Below are positions 1 to 9,079 of a stretch of 64,000 bases of DNA, one piece after another; the first letter of the stretch is position 1; every line of letters starts with the position of its first letter. This stretch comes from Pelagibacterales bacterium SAG-MED11 (lineage in GTDB: Bacteria; Pseudomonadota; Alphaproteobacteria; Pelagibacterales; Pelagibacteraceae). The notes below the pieces were generated by a model. It was not told the origin of the DNA and searched no databases. It saw nothing but the letters and a program-made list of their open reading frames with translations. The stretch covers positions 2,312 through 66,311 of the forward strand of contig JACWDI010000004.1 in NCBI GenBank assembly GCA_014654265.1, given 5' to 3'. The translations under genes and the position numbers were made by a program.

Positions 1-19
1 TCCACCCCACAGTAAATAG

Positions 20-310
20 TTATCTTTTTTTAAAATTCCTTTTTTCGTAATCAATATAAGACCAGATCATATTCTTCCAAATTCGGTTAGTTATTTTTGG
101 ATCAATTTTATTTTGTATAGATTTCTTTTTAATATTTTTAAGAATTAGGTTAATTCTTCTTTGATCTACTATTTGGTTCTTTTTATCTTTAAGAGCTAAT
201 ACTTTATTAACAAGTGTTGTTCTTTTTTTTATAACTTTAATTAGAGTATTATCTAATTTATCTAGTTCTGATCGAATTTTACTCAGTTTTTTTCTTTTAT
301 GTGGCGACAT
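20..310 (-). CDS. chorismate mutase (AroQ/CM_2-type, monofunctional)
   Basis: 96-aa all-helical basic protein. The N-terminal LSKIRSELDKLDNTLIKVIKKRTTLVNKV helix and DQRRINLIL segment fit the AroQ chorismate mutase pattern. Confidence 0.6.
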   Translation of the reverse strand: MSPHKRKKLSKIRSELDKLDNTLIKVIKKRTTLVNKVLALKDKKNQIVDQRRINLILKNIKKKSIQNKIDPKITNRIWKNMIWSYIDYEKRNFKKR

Positions 311-353
311 TTATATATTTGGATTATTAAAAAATTATTATATTTATGGCTTC

Positions 354-1370
354 ATGTATACAGTGAATCCAAAAATAAATAATCAATTATCTCTTTGGTT
401 GATAACCATGTTTTGGATTATATCAATTATGATTGTTGTTGGAGGTCTTACAAGATTAACTGACTCAGGTCTTTCCATAACTGAATGGCAGTTGTTTTCT
501 GGTATCTTACCTCCTTTAACTAATAATGATTGGATCATGTATTTCAACCTCTACAAAAAAATACCTGAGTATGAATTACAAAATTACAACATGACTTTAA
601 GTGAATTTAAAATAATTTTTTGGTGGGAGTGGGGTCATAGATTTTTAGGAAGAGTAATTGGTATCAGTTTTTTAATTCCTTTAATTTATTTCTCCTTTAA
701 AATTAAATTTTATAAATTGTTGAATTTATATTTAATTTTTTTTCTCATATGTTTCCAAGGTTTTGTAGGTTGGTATATGGTTAGTAGTGGTTTAGTTGAT
801 AGAGTTGATGTAAGTCATTTTAGACTATCAATTCATTTATTGATAGCATTTTTGATTTTATCATTAATTTTTTGGAATTATTTAAAAACTAAAATTATCA
901 ATAATAATAAAAAAAGGATAAATGTATTATTACCATTAATATTTTTGATACTTGTATTTATACAAATAGTAGTAGGTGCCTTCGTTTCTGGTATGGATGC
1001 TGGTAAAATCTATAATTCTTGGCCTCTCATGAACAATACTTATTTCCCAAATGATAATGACTTTAAAAATTTGTTTAAATTATCTGCTTTTAGTGATCCT
1101 TCTTTAGTCCAATTCATGCATAGAAATTTGGCATATTTGATCATGTTCTTTTATTTTTTAATTTTTTTTAAGATATATAAAAACAAAATTTATGATTTAT
1201 ATAAATCTATAAACATTTTAGGTATTTTTATAATCCTGCAAATTATTTTAGGTATTTATACAGTGATTTATGGTGCACAACTATATATTGCAGCTATGCA
1301 CCAATTAAGTTCAATTTTTTTAGTAAGTTCATGTATTTATTTTTTTTATATAAATACAAGATTTAACTAA
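354..1370 (+). CDS. ctaA: heme A synthase (COX15/CtaA family)
   Basis: 338-aa polytopic membrane protein. GGLTRLTDSGLSITEW near the N-terminus and conserved His in TM segments (WGHRFLGR, HLLIAF, MHRNLAY, AMHQL) are typical of COX15/CtaA. Confidence 0.8.
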   Translation: MYTVNPKINNQLSLWLITMFWIISIMIVVGGLTRLTDSGLSITEWQLFSGILPPLTNNDWIMYFNLYKKIPEYELQNYNMTLSEFKIIFWWEWGHRFLGRVIGISFLIPLIYFSFKIKFYKLLNLYLIFFLICFQGFVGWYMVSSGLVDRVDVSHFRLSIHLLIAFLILSLIFWNYLKTKIINNNKKRINVLLPLIFLILVFIQIVVGAFVSGMDAGKIYNSWPLMNNTYFPNDNDFKNLFKLSAFSDPSLVQFMHRNLAYLIMFFYFLIFFKIYKNKIYDLYKSINILGIFIILQIILGIYTVIYGAQLYIAAMHQLSSIFLVSSCIYFFYINTRFN

Positions 1371-2691
1371 CAGCCTTTAAAGTTCCTTTTGACGATTTAT
1401 TTAATGCTTGATCTAGATCTTCTATAATATCATCAATGTGTTCTAAACCAATACACAGTCTAACATAACTTTGAGTCACACCAGAGGCTGCAAGCTCTTT
1501 GTCATTTAACTGACTATGGGTTGTGCTAGCTGGATGAATTGCTAAACTTCTAGCATCCCCAATATTTGCAACATGATAAAACATTTTTAGAGATTCTATA
1601 AATCGTTTGCCAGCATCAAAACCACCTTTTAGTTCAATACCTACCATAGGCCCATTTCCACCTTTAAGATATTTTTTGGCTCTATCAGCAATAAGTTTAT
1701 CGTGTTCAGTAGAAAATATTACTTTAGTTACTTCTTTATGTTTCTTTAAATAATCAACAACTTTTTGTGCATTTTCACAATGTTGTTTCATTCTTAAAGC
1801 TACAGTTTCAAGTCCTTGAATTATAGAAAACGCATTATCTGGTGAACAAGCTGACCCTAAATCTCTTAATAAACAAACTCTAGCTCTCACTGCAAAAGGT
1901 ATGTTTGCCCCAGTAAGTTCTGGTACAACCTTACCCCAAATAGCCCCACTATAACTGGCATCAGGTTCGTTAAATAAGGGTTGTCTTTTTGGATCTGCAG
2001 TCCAGTCAAAATTACCACTATCAACAATACTCCCTGCTATAGCAGTACCGTGTCCACCAATATATTTTGTTAGAGAGTGAATTACGACAGCTGCACCATG
2101 TTCAATCGGTTTACATAGTATGGGAGCTGCTGTGTTATCCATTATTAAGGGGATATTATATTTTCTTCCTATGTCAGACACTTCTTTAATTGGAAATACT
2201 CTTAAATATGGATTGGGCAGAGTTTCTCCATAAAAAGCCCTAGTCTTATCATCAATAGATTTCTCAAAATTTTTAGGGTCTTTAGGGTCTGCATATCTAA
2301 TTTCAATACCAAGCTTACTTAAAGTGTGCGTAAATAAAGAGACAGTACCACCATAAAGATCGGTTGAACTAACTATATTGTCTCCAGCTTGAGCAACATT
2401 TAATACAGAAAATAGTGAAGCAGTTTGTCCTGATGCTACTGTCAAACAAGCTAAACCTCCTTCAAGAGCTGCAATTCTTTTCTCTAATACATCGTTAGTG
2501 GGGTTCATTATTCTTGTGTAAATATTCCCAAATTCTTTTAAAGCAAAGAGATTTGCGGCATGATCCACACTATTAAATTGATATGAAGTAGTTCTATAGA
2601 TAGGAACGGCTACCGCATTTGTTGTTGGGTCACTTCTATAGTCACCACCATGAATGGCTATAGTTTCTGGGTTGTTTCTTTTTTTCGTCAT
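1363..2691 (-). CDS. metY: O-acetylhomoserine aminocarboxypropyltransferase (sulfhydrylase), PLP-dependent
   Basis: 442 aa with the Cys/Met-metabolism PLP fold. Has the PLP-lysine motif HSLTKYIGGHG, an N-terminal ETIAIHGG segment and a C-terminal RLCIGLEHIDDIIEDL segment. Confidence 0.9.
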   Translation of the reverse strand: MTKKRNNPETIAIHGGDYRSDPTTNAVAVPIYRTTSYQFNSVDHAANLFALKEFGNIYTRIMNPTNDVLEKRIAALEGGLACLTVASGQTASLFSVLNVAQAGDNIVSSTDLYGGTVSLFTHTLSKLGIEIRYADPKDPKNFEKSIDDKTRAFYGETLPNPYLRVFPIKEVSDIGRKYNIPLIMDNTAAPILCKPIEHGAAVVIHSLTKYIGGHGTAIAGSIVDSGNFDWTADPKRQPLFNEPDASYSGAIWGKVVPELTGANIPFAVRARVCLLRDLGSACSPDNAFSIIQGLETVALRMKQHCENAQKVVDYLKKHKEVTKVIFSTEHDKLIADRAKKYLKGGNGPMVGIELKGGFDAGKRFIESLKMFYHVANIGDARSLAIHPASTTHSQLNDKELAASGVTQSYVRLCIGLEHIDDIIEDLDQALNKSSKGTLKAVS

Positions 2692-2694
2692 TTT

Positions 2695-2812
2695 ACTCCT
2701 TTTTTAGTGCTTTAACTAAATGTAAGGCGCACAATATAGTTCAAATGCCTACCGACTGATTAATGAAAATTCCTTTTTAGCAGTTTTACGCCCGCAATAG
2801 GATCAAATCGGC
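2695..2812 (-). promoter_or_regulatory. candidate tandem SAM-II/SAM-V-type pseudoknot riboswitch in the metY 5' leader
   Basis: Read on the minus strand, the leader has two similar units. One is ...UAUUGCGGGCGUAAAACUGCUAAAAAGGA. The other is AGGCAUUUGAACUAUAUUGUGCGCCUUACAUUUAGUUAAAGCACUAAAAAAGGAGUAAAAUG. In the second, AGGC/GCCU closes a hairpin whose 3' side GUGC can pair with the downstream AAAGCAC, giving an H-type pseudoknot. The A-rich tail runs into the SD-like AGGAG 6 nt before the ATG. Confidence 0.5.
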
Positions 2813-2897
2813 ATGTAATTTTTAGCATATATGAACAAATATTCAAGATAAATATCAAATTGACTTTGAAGTTAATAATAGTATTAATCCTCGCACA

Positions 2898-3356
2898 ATG
2901 ACTAAATTCGTAAAAAAAGACCAGATAAACTCATCGTGGTATGAAATAGATGCAACAAATGCAGTTGTTGGTAGACTAGCTACAATTGTTTCTAAAATTA
3001 TAAGAGGAAAAAATAAAACTACTTACACACCCCATATGGATAATGGTGATTTTGTTGTAGTTAAAAATATAGAACAAGCAAAATTTACAGGCAAAAAATT
3101 TCAAGATAAAAAATATTTTAGACATACTGGTCACCCAGGAGGAATAAAAGAAACTACACCAGAAAAACTTCACGAAAAAAAACCTGGTGAAACACTTAAA
3201 TTAGCTGTTAAGAGAATGTTACCAGGTGGTGTCTTAGGAAGAAAGCAGCTTACAAAACTAAAGATTTATTCTGGTAATGAACATCCACATGCCTCTCAAA
3301 ATCCCAAGGTTATAGAATTGAATAAATTGAATAATAAGAATATTGTAAGAAATTAA
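2898..3356 (+). CDS. rplM: 50S ribosomal protein L13
   Basis: 152 aa. WYEIDATNAVVGRLAT...KNKTTYTPHMDNGDFVVV is the canonical L13 N-terminus. It is followed directly by rpsI. Confidence 0.95.
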   Translation: MTKFVKKDQINSSWYEIDATNAVVGRLATIVSKIIRGKNKTTYTPHMDNGDFVVVKNIEQAKFTGKKFQDKKYFRHTGHPGGIKETTPEKLHEKKPGETLKLAVKRMLPGGVLGRKQLTKLKIYSGNEHPHASQNPKVIELNKLNNKNIVRN

Positions 3357-3794
3357 ATGGAAAATACTCAATCAACTCCAAAAGCTCCTAAAATAAAGTT
3401 AGATTTTAAAGATAGTAAATATGCAACAGGAAGAAGAAAAACTTCTATAGCAAGAGTTTGGTTAAAAAAGGGTTCGGGAAAAATTTATGTTAATGGTAAA
3501 CTTTTTAGCGACTATTTTGCTAGTGATAATCATAAAATGCAAATTACAAGACCTTTTGAACTGATCAATCAAGCTACCGATTATGATGTAAGATGTAGTG
3601 TGAAAGGTGGTGGACCAACAGGACAAGCTGGAGCAATGGTACATGGCATATCTAAAGCATTAGTATTATTTGACGAAAATCTTAAATCTACTCTTAGAAC
3701 TGAAAAATTGACCACTAGAGATTCTAGGGCAGTCGAGAGAAAAAAACCTGGAAAAAGAAAAGCTAGAAGAAGCTTCCAGTTCTCTAAAAGATAA
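3357..3794 (+). CDS. rpsI: 30S ribosomal protein S9
   Basis: 145 aa. Has GRRKTSIARVWL, VKGGGPTGQAGA and the C-terminal RKKPGKRKARRSFQFSKR typical of S9. The start abuts the rplM stop. Confidence 0.95.
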   Translation: MENTQSTPKAPKIKLDFKDSKYATGRRKTSIARVWLKKGSGKIYVNGKLFSDYFASDNHKMQITRPFELINQATDYDVRCSVKGGGPTGQAGAMVHGISKALVLFDENLKSTLRTEKLTTRDSRAVERKKPGKRKARRSFQFSKR

Positions 3795-3827
3795 TTCTTT
3801 TTTAATTTTAAACTGTTATAATATAAA

Positions 3828-4850
3828 ATGCCTAAGCTTAATGTATTAGTCGCTGGTTCAACTGGCTATATTGGAATTCAACTAATTAAATTATTAGTCA
3901 AACATAAGTATGTAAAAATTAAATACTTATGTGGAAATTCTTCAGTTGGAAAAAAAATTTCAAGTTATGACAACTCAAGATCTTTTAAAAACTTACCCAA
4001 AATTATTAGGTTTGATAAAAAATACTTAAAGAATGTTGATATAGTTTTTACAGCTTTGCCTAATGGTGAAGCTCAAGTTATTTCAAAAAATTTGAATAAT
4101 AAAAATGTATTAATTGATTTAGCAGCGGATTTTAGACTCGAAAAAGCTTCTGATTATAAAAAATGGTATAATCTAAAACATAAAGCTTTAGCTAATATTA
4201 AAAAAAGTATTTATTCTTTACCTGAAATAACAGGAAAAAAAGTAAAAGATTTTAAAATAATTTCTTGTCCAGGATGTTATCCAACTTCAATTCTTTTACC
4301 ACTGCTTCCGTTATTAAAGAGTAAATTGATTAAAAAAAATAATATTATAATTGACTCTAAATCTGGATACTCTGGAGCGGGTAGAGGTGTTCATAAAAAA
4401 TTTAAAGATAAAAATCTATATGAATCTCTTAGCGCTTATGGAATTGGCTCCCACAGACATAATCCTGAAATAGGCCAAATGATTAAAAGATTCACAAAGG
4501 TAAAATCTATTTTTGATTTTACTCCACATTTATCACCAATGTTTAGAGGAATATTAAGTACTATTTACGTAGATTTGAATAAATCTAGCTCTCAATCAAA
4601 AATTATTAAAACTTTATCTAATTTTTATAAGAAATCTAATTTTGTAAAAATAATGAGTAAAGATAAATTGATATGTACTAATGATGTAATTAATTCAAAT
4701 AATTGTCATATTTCTATTTGTAAAACAAAAAATAAAAATAGAATAATAATACTATCTGCAATAGATAATTTAATTAAAGGTGGGGCAGGTCAAGCAATTC
4801 AGAATATGAATATAAAATATGGCTTTCCAATAAATGCAGGTTTGAAATGA
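3828..4850 (+). CDS. argC: N-acetyl-gamma-glutamyl-phosphate reductase
   Basis: 340 aa. N-terminal Rossmann motif VAGSTGYIG, active-site Cys motif SCPGCYPTS, and C-terminal DNLIKGGAGQAIQNMN. Confidence 0.9.
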   Translation: MPKLNVLVAGSTGYIGIQLIKLLVKHKYVKIKYLCGNSSVGKKISSYDNSRSFKNLPKIIRFDKKYLKNVDIVFTALPNGEAQVISKNLNNKNVLIDLAADFRLEKASDYKKWYNLKHKALANIKKSIYSLPEITGKKVKDFKIISCPGCYPTSILLPLLPLLKSKLIKKNNIIIDSKSGYSGAGRGVHKKFKDKNLYESLSAYGIGSHRHNPEIGQMIKRFTKVKSIFDFTPHLSPMFRGILSTIYVDLNKSSSQSKIIKTLSNFYKKSNFVKIMSKDKLICTNDVINSNNCHISICKTKNKNRIIILSAIDNLIKGGAGQAIQNMNIKYGFPINAGLK

Positions 4851-5071
4851 GAATTTTATTATATTTTGGTTTAGCTATAGTTATTAGCAATTGTTCGTTT
4901 AATCAAGATTCTAAATACTGGACAGAAGATAGTATAAAGACAAAAGCAGATAACCAAAAATTAATAAAGATTTTTGAAAAATCAAATGATATTAGATTAA
5001 TGTCTGTTGATGAATATAAAATTTATATAGATGATTATATTAAAAAAAGTAAATTTCCAGATATAAATTAA
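4847..5071 (+). CDS. small putative lipoprotein, unknown function
   Basis: 74 aa. Signal peptide plus lipobox-like VISNC. Start and stop overlap argC and hom (4 nt and 1 nt), which argues for a real translationally coupled gene. Confidence 0.5.
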   Translation: MRILLYFGLAIVISNCSFNQDSKYWTEDSIKTKADNQKLIKIFEKSNDIRLMSVDEYKIYIDDYIKKSKFPDIN

Positions 5072-6363
5072 TGAATAAGATGATTAACATTGCTGTAGTT
5101 GGTTTGGGTCAAGTTGGTATATATCTTTATAATGAACTGAGCTCTAAAAAAAAAGAAATTGAAATTAAGACAGGGAAAAAAATTAATATAGTTGCTATTT
5201 CAGCAAAAAATAGAAATAAGAAAAGACGATTTAAAGTTAATAAGAAAATTTTTTATTCAAATCCATTAAAGATATTTAAATTAAAAAAAATTGATATATT
5301 ATTTGAGTCAATTGGACTATCAGACGGTATTTCAAAAAAAGTTGTAGAAACTGCTTTAAAAAACAAAGTTAATGTTATAACCCCAAATAAAGCTTTAATA
5401 GCAAAACATGGAGATTATCTTTCCAAATTAGCAGAAAAAAATAGAGTAAATTTAGAGTTCGAGGCTTCTGTTGCTGGAGGAATACCTATCTTAAGAACTA
5501 TAAAAGAAAGTTTGGCAACAAATAAAATAAGTAAAGTCTATGGAATACTGAATGGTACTACTAATTATATTTTATCTGAAATGGAAAATAGTAATGAAAC
5601 TTTTGATAAAGTCTTACAAAAAGCTCAAAAACTTGGTTATGCTGAACCTGGTAATCCAAAGTTAGATTTAAATGGTTTTGATGCTTTTGCTAAAATTAGA
5701 ATATTATCTGCTCTTTCTTTCAATACAAAAATTTCTAAACATAAATGCATAATGGAAGGAATTGAAAATATTAAATTAGAGGATATTAAAATAGCTAATC
5801 AGTTAGGTCTTAGAGTAAAATTACTTGGAATTTCTGAAGTTATTAATGGTCAATTATTTGAGACAGTACATCCAAGTTTAGTAAGTAAAAACACATACAT
5901 AGGAAATGTTAGTGGTGTTATGAATGCAGTAATTACAGAAGGTAAACCAGTAGGACAGAGTGTTTTACAAGGAGAGGGTGCTGGACCTGGCCCAACATCA
6001 TCATCTCTGTTGGCCGATCTGTTATCAATTTTACGAGGTAGTACAAAATATCCTTTTGGTATTTCATCTAATAAAAGACGTTCTATTAAGCCATTTAACA
6101 ATGATAATTATACTAATTCTTTATATCTTAGATTTGAAGTCAACGATAAACAAGGTGTTCTCTCACTAATAACAAATAGATTAGCAAAATATAAAATTTC
6201 AGTGAAAAGAATTATTCAAACACCTGATAAGAAAAATAAGAAAGCAACTATTGTAATTATTACCCATAAAACAACAGAAATCAACGCAAGAAATTGTTTA
6301 TCATTATTTAAAAAAAATAAGAATATTCTTAAATTTCCAACATTAATTAGACTATATAATTAA
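5071..6363 (+). CDS. hom: homoserine dehydrogenase with C-terminal ACT domain
   Basis: 430 aa. NAD-binding VVGLGQVG, EASVAGGIPI, GILNGTTNYIL and GYAEPGNPKLDLNG motifs, plus an ACT-like C-terminus (LYLRFEVNDKQGVLS). Confidence 0.9.
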   Translation: MNKMINIAVVGLGQVGIYLYNELSSKKKEIEIKTGKKINIVAISAKNRNKKRRFKVNKKIFYSNPLKIFKLKKIDILFESIGLSDGISKKVVETALKNKVNVITPNKALIAKHGDYLSKLAEKNRVNLEFEASVAGGIPILRTIKESLATNKISKVYGILNGTTNYILSEMENSNETFDKVLQKAQKLGYAEPGNPKLDLNGFDAFAKIRILSALSFNTKISKHKCIMEGIENIKLEDIKIANQLGLRVKLLGISEVINGQLFETVHPSLVSKNTYIGNVSGVMNAVITEGKPVGQSVLQGEGAGPGPTSSSLLADLLSILRGSTKYPFGISSNKRRSIKPFNNDNYTNSLYLRFEVNDKQGVLSLITNRLAKYKISVKRIIQTPDKKNKKATIVIITHKTTEINARNCLSLFKKNKNILKFPTLIRLYN

Positions 6364-7265
6364 TGGACATTTATATTAAACTTTTTGAGGTTTTATTTCC
6401 TGTTTTTTTTGTTGTTGGTATTGGATATTATTTAGGTAAAAAAAATCCAAAAATAGACACAACTTTTATTACTAATTTTGCTGCTAACGTTGGTACTCCA
6501 GCAATGATTATTTATGCTTTAAATCCAGTAAATATTTCATTCAATATTTTTCTTAATTATTTTTGGTATTACGCATTAGCTATTTGTGGATTTATGATTA
6601 CAGGAGTAATAATATTATACCTTTTAAAAACCAAAGACATTATTAGAGAATTACCTCCATTAACAATGCCCAATACTGGAAATATGGGTTTACCGATATG
6701 TTTATTTGCTTATGGTTCACAAGGTCTTGGTGTTTCAGCAGCAATATCTGCATTGATTATTTTATGCCACTTTACACTAGGTGTATTTTTAGCTGATAGA
6801 AAATTTAGTTTAAATGTCATTCTTAAGAGTCCTCCCTTTTACGCAATTATAATTGCTATATTTTTACTTTATTATGATTTAAAACTCCCAGGATTTGTTG
6901 AAAATACTACCTTTCTTTTAATGTATGCAACAATTTTTCTGATTTTAATGTCGTTAGGAATTGCTTTAACTAGACTAAAGGTCTTTTCACTAAATAAAGC
7001 AGTATTCTCCTCTATAGGTCGAGTAATCATTGGTCCTATAATAGGATATTTATTAATCCTATATTTTAATCTAGAGGGATTTGCTGCTGGTGTTTTATTA
7101 ATTCAATGTTCAATGCCAAGTGCAGTTCTTAATTATCTTGTGGCATCAATATATTCACCGAAAAAGATTGTTGATAGTGTTGCTAGTACCATTGTTGTTT
7201 CAACACTTATGTCATTTATAACTGTTCCAATAGTCGTATTCTTTGCTTTAAAATACTTTAATTAA
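6363..7265 (+). CDS. AEC (auxin efflux carrier / Mem_trans) family permease
   Basis: 300-aa protein with about 10 TMs and the two-lobed hydrophobic architecture and length typical of AEC transporters. The assignment is by overall pattern only. Confidence 0.6.
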   Translation: MDIYIKLFEVLFPVFFVVGIGYYLGKKNPKIDTTFITNFAANVGTPAMIIYALNPVNISFNIFLNYFWYYALAICGFMITGVIILYLLKTKDIIRELPPLTMPNTGNMGLPICLFAYGSQGLGVSAAISALIILCHFTLGVFLADRKFSLNVILKSPPFYAIIIAIFLLYYDLKLPGFVENTTFLLMYATIFLILMSLGIALTRLKVFSLNKAVFSSIGRVIIGPIIGYLLILYFNLEGFAAGVLLIQCSMPSAVLNYLVASIYSPKKIVDSVASTIVVSTLMSFITVPIVVFFALKYFN

Positions 7266-7285
7266 TCTATATCCTTCTTCAGTAG

Positions 7286-8137
7286 ATGAAGGCTATAACT
7301 TTTAATTTATTGGCTTGGGTAATGCTTCCAATTATGGATGGATTTGCAAAATATTTAAGTGCAGATCTACCAGTTTTACAAATTACTTGGGCAAGATATT
7401 TTTTTACTGTTGCTTTTACTCTTCCGATTATGTTCTTCTTTTTTAGGCAAAATTTAGTTTGGACTGATAAACCTAAATTACAGTTTATTAGAGGTTTAAT
7501 ATTACTCTGTGCAAATATTTGTTTTTTTTATGCAATATCAGTCATATCCTTGGCTAAGGCATTAACTTTAGCATTTATTGCTCCATTAATTGTTACCGCT
7601 TTCTCACCGATATTTCTTAAAGAAAAAGTTGGTTTTAGAAGATGGGCAGCAGTAATTATTGGATTTATAGGTTCATTAGTAGTTATTAGACCAGGATTTG
7701 TTGAAATTAATTTAGCAAGCTTAGCTGCGCTTGGTACAGGAGTTATGTATGGATTTTATTTAATTATTACTCGTAAACTTAGCACTTCAGACAATCCTTT
7801 ATTAACTTTATTATTAACTGGAGTAGTAGGGGCCATAATAATATCTTTTGTAATGCCATTTGTGTGGGTTAAGCCTAACTTAAATCAGTGGTCTATGATG
7901 GCTGCCATAGGTATATTTGCCTGTATAGGGCACTTATTCCTAATATTGTCGCTCAAATACGCTGATGCTTCTAAATTAGCTCCATTTAGCTACTTTGAAA
8001 TCATTACAAATATCATTATAGGCTATTATTTCTTTAGTGATTTCCCAGATAATTGGACTTTAATAGGATTATTCATTATTGTATTAAGTGGCATCTACAT
8101 CTCCAGAAGAGAAAACTTAGTTAAAAAAGTAAAATAA
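7286..8137 (+). CDS. DMT superfamily (EamA-like) transporter
   Basis: 283 aa with 10 predicted TMs arranged as two EamA-like halves. Confidence 0.7.
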   Translation: MKAITFNLLAWVMLPIMDGFAKYLSADLPVLQITWARYFFTVAFTLPIMFFFFRQNLVWTDKPKLQFIRGLILLCANICFFYAISVISLAKALTLAFIAPLIVTAFSPIFLKEKVGFRRWAAVIIGFIGSLVVIRPGFVEINLASLAALGTGVMYGFYLIITRKLSTSDNPLLTLLLTGVVGAIIISFVMPFVWVKPNLNQWSMMAAIGIFACIGHLFLILSLKYADASKLAPFSYFEIITNIIIGYYFFSDFPDNWTLIGLFIIVLSGIYISRRENLVKKVK

Positions 8138-8556
8138 TAGGTATTATTTATTTACTAATATCTAATGTATTACATTAATATTTTATTATAAACTATTGTT
8201 TTTATTGTATTTTTTAAAATAAAAAATAAGCCCTTATTTATAATATAAATACAAATAATTTTCATAATAAGTTCTTAGTTTCTGCTTAATGATGAAAAAT
8301 ATTAAATAAACCAACAAAATTAAGCTTTTTTTATCATACCACATATGAAATTAGTTAAAAAATAGGGTGCTCTAAAAGTGTTGATATAGTTGAATAGTAG
8401 AGCGATGCACTAATTGAATATACCATTTAAACGGCCATAGAGGGGTGTATTTTAAGTGTAGGCTCATATATGGTACAACTGAAGGGTGAACTTTGCTAAT
8501 TTAAAAGAAATCAATTAAAAAGATCAAAAAACGTTGATTTTACTGACTTTTTTAAT

Positions 8557-8581
8557 GTAAAAAAGCCCTAAAATAGGGCTA
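8557..8581 (-). terminator. rho-independent terminator of the MGMT transcript
   Basis: The minus strand reads AGCCCTA-TTT-TAGGGCT followed by TTTTT. The 7-bp GC-containing stem begins within the TAG stop codon. Confidence 0.6.
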
Positions 8582-8848
8582 AATCGCTACCTTTTCAGAT
8601 CTAAGTAATTTGAGCTTTTGCCTAATTCCACCTCTCCCAGAGTAACCTCCAAGAGCTCCATCAGATCTAATCACTCTATGACAGGGTATTTTTGGGGCAT
8701 ATGGGTTTTTAGCACAAGCATTAGCCACAGCACGAGCTGATTTAGGGCTTTTTATACCAATAGCTACCTGTTTATAGGTTTTTACCTTACCTTTTGGTAT
8801 TGTTTTAAGGTATTTCCAAACTTTTAATTGAAATTTTGTTCCCTGCAC
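8579..8848 (-). CDS. ogt: methylated-DNA-protein-cysteine methyltransferase, stand-alone C-terminal (DNA-binding/active-site) domain
   Basis: 89 aa. Has the FQLKVWKYLKTIPKGKVKTYKQVA helix-turn-helix region and the active-site motif IPCHRVIRSDG. The start codon is GTG with no SD, 7 nt after the stop of the upstream 58-aa ORF. There is no N-terminal Ada/Ogt domain. Confidence 0.8.
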   Translation of the reverse strand: MQGTKFQLKVWKYLKTIPKGKVKTYKQVAIGIKSPKSARAVANACAKNPYAPKIPCHRVIRSDGALGGYSGRGGIRQKLKLLRSEKVAI

Positions 8849-8854
8849 TGATTT

Positions 8855-9031
8855 TTAACGTGGAATTAATAAAATTATGTAACTTACAAAGAAAATAATT
8901 GCCATTATAGAAAGAAATATCGTGTTAAAGCTCTTTCCAGTGTTTCTGTATTGAATAAAAGTTAATATAGCGAAACCAATCGAACTAATTAAAAACCAGA
9001 CTGCAGGAATTTCACCATCTATTGAACCCAT
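8855..9031 (-). CDS. 58-aa two-TM membrane peptide (below the ORF-track cutoff), hypothetical
   Basis: Hand translation: MGSIDGEIPAVWFLISSIGFAILTFIQYRNTGKSFNTIFLSIMAIIFFVSYIILLIPR. It has an ATG start and two clear hydrophobic helices, and it fills most of the gap between the recombinase promoter and MGMT. Confidence 0.4.
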   Translation of the reverse strand: MGSIDGEIPAVWFLISSIGFAILTFIQYRNTGKSFNTIFLSIMAIIFFVSYIILLIPR

Positions 9032-9050
9032 AATTTTTTAATTTAAACTA

Positions 9051-9079
9051 TTGACATTAAAAATCACCTATTATATAGT
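9051..9079 (+). promoter_or_regulatory. near-consensus sigma70-type promoter of the recombinase gene
   Basis: TTGACA (9051-9056), a 17-bp spacer, then TATAGT (9074-9079), 32 nt upstream of the ATG at 9111. A TATAAT on the opposite strand (9070-9075) overlaps it. Confidence 0.55.

Noticed and set aside
5850-6169. ORFs of 83 aa (minus strand) and 69 aa (plus strand, other frame) inside hom
   Set aside because: They are embedded in the well-supported homoserine dehydrogenase frame and have no independent signals.
8163-8177. Palindrome TAATGTA-T-TACATTA as a possible dif/XerCD site
   Set aside because: It shares TAATGTAT with the E. coli dif centre. However, it lacks the CATAA-N6-TTATG arrangement and the asymmetric XerC/XerD arms. 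A 7-1-7 AT palindrome is expected by chance in 15% GC DNA.
8431-8450. GGCCATAGAGGGGTGT as a partial copy of the tRNA-Glu 3' end (GGTCCCTAGGGGAATCG), i.e. an att repeat
   Set aside because: It shows only patchy similarity of about 60-70% over about 15 nt and needs an indel. That is not distinguishable from chance by eye, so it is left as something to test by alignment.
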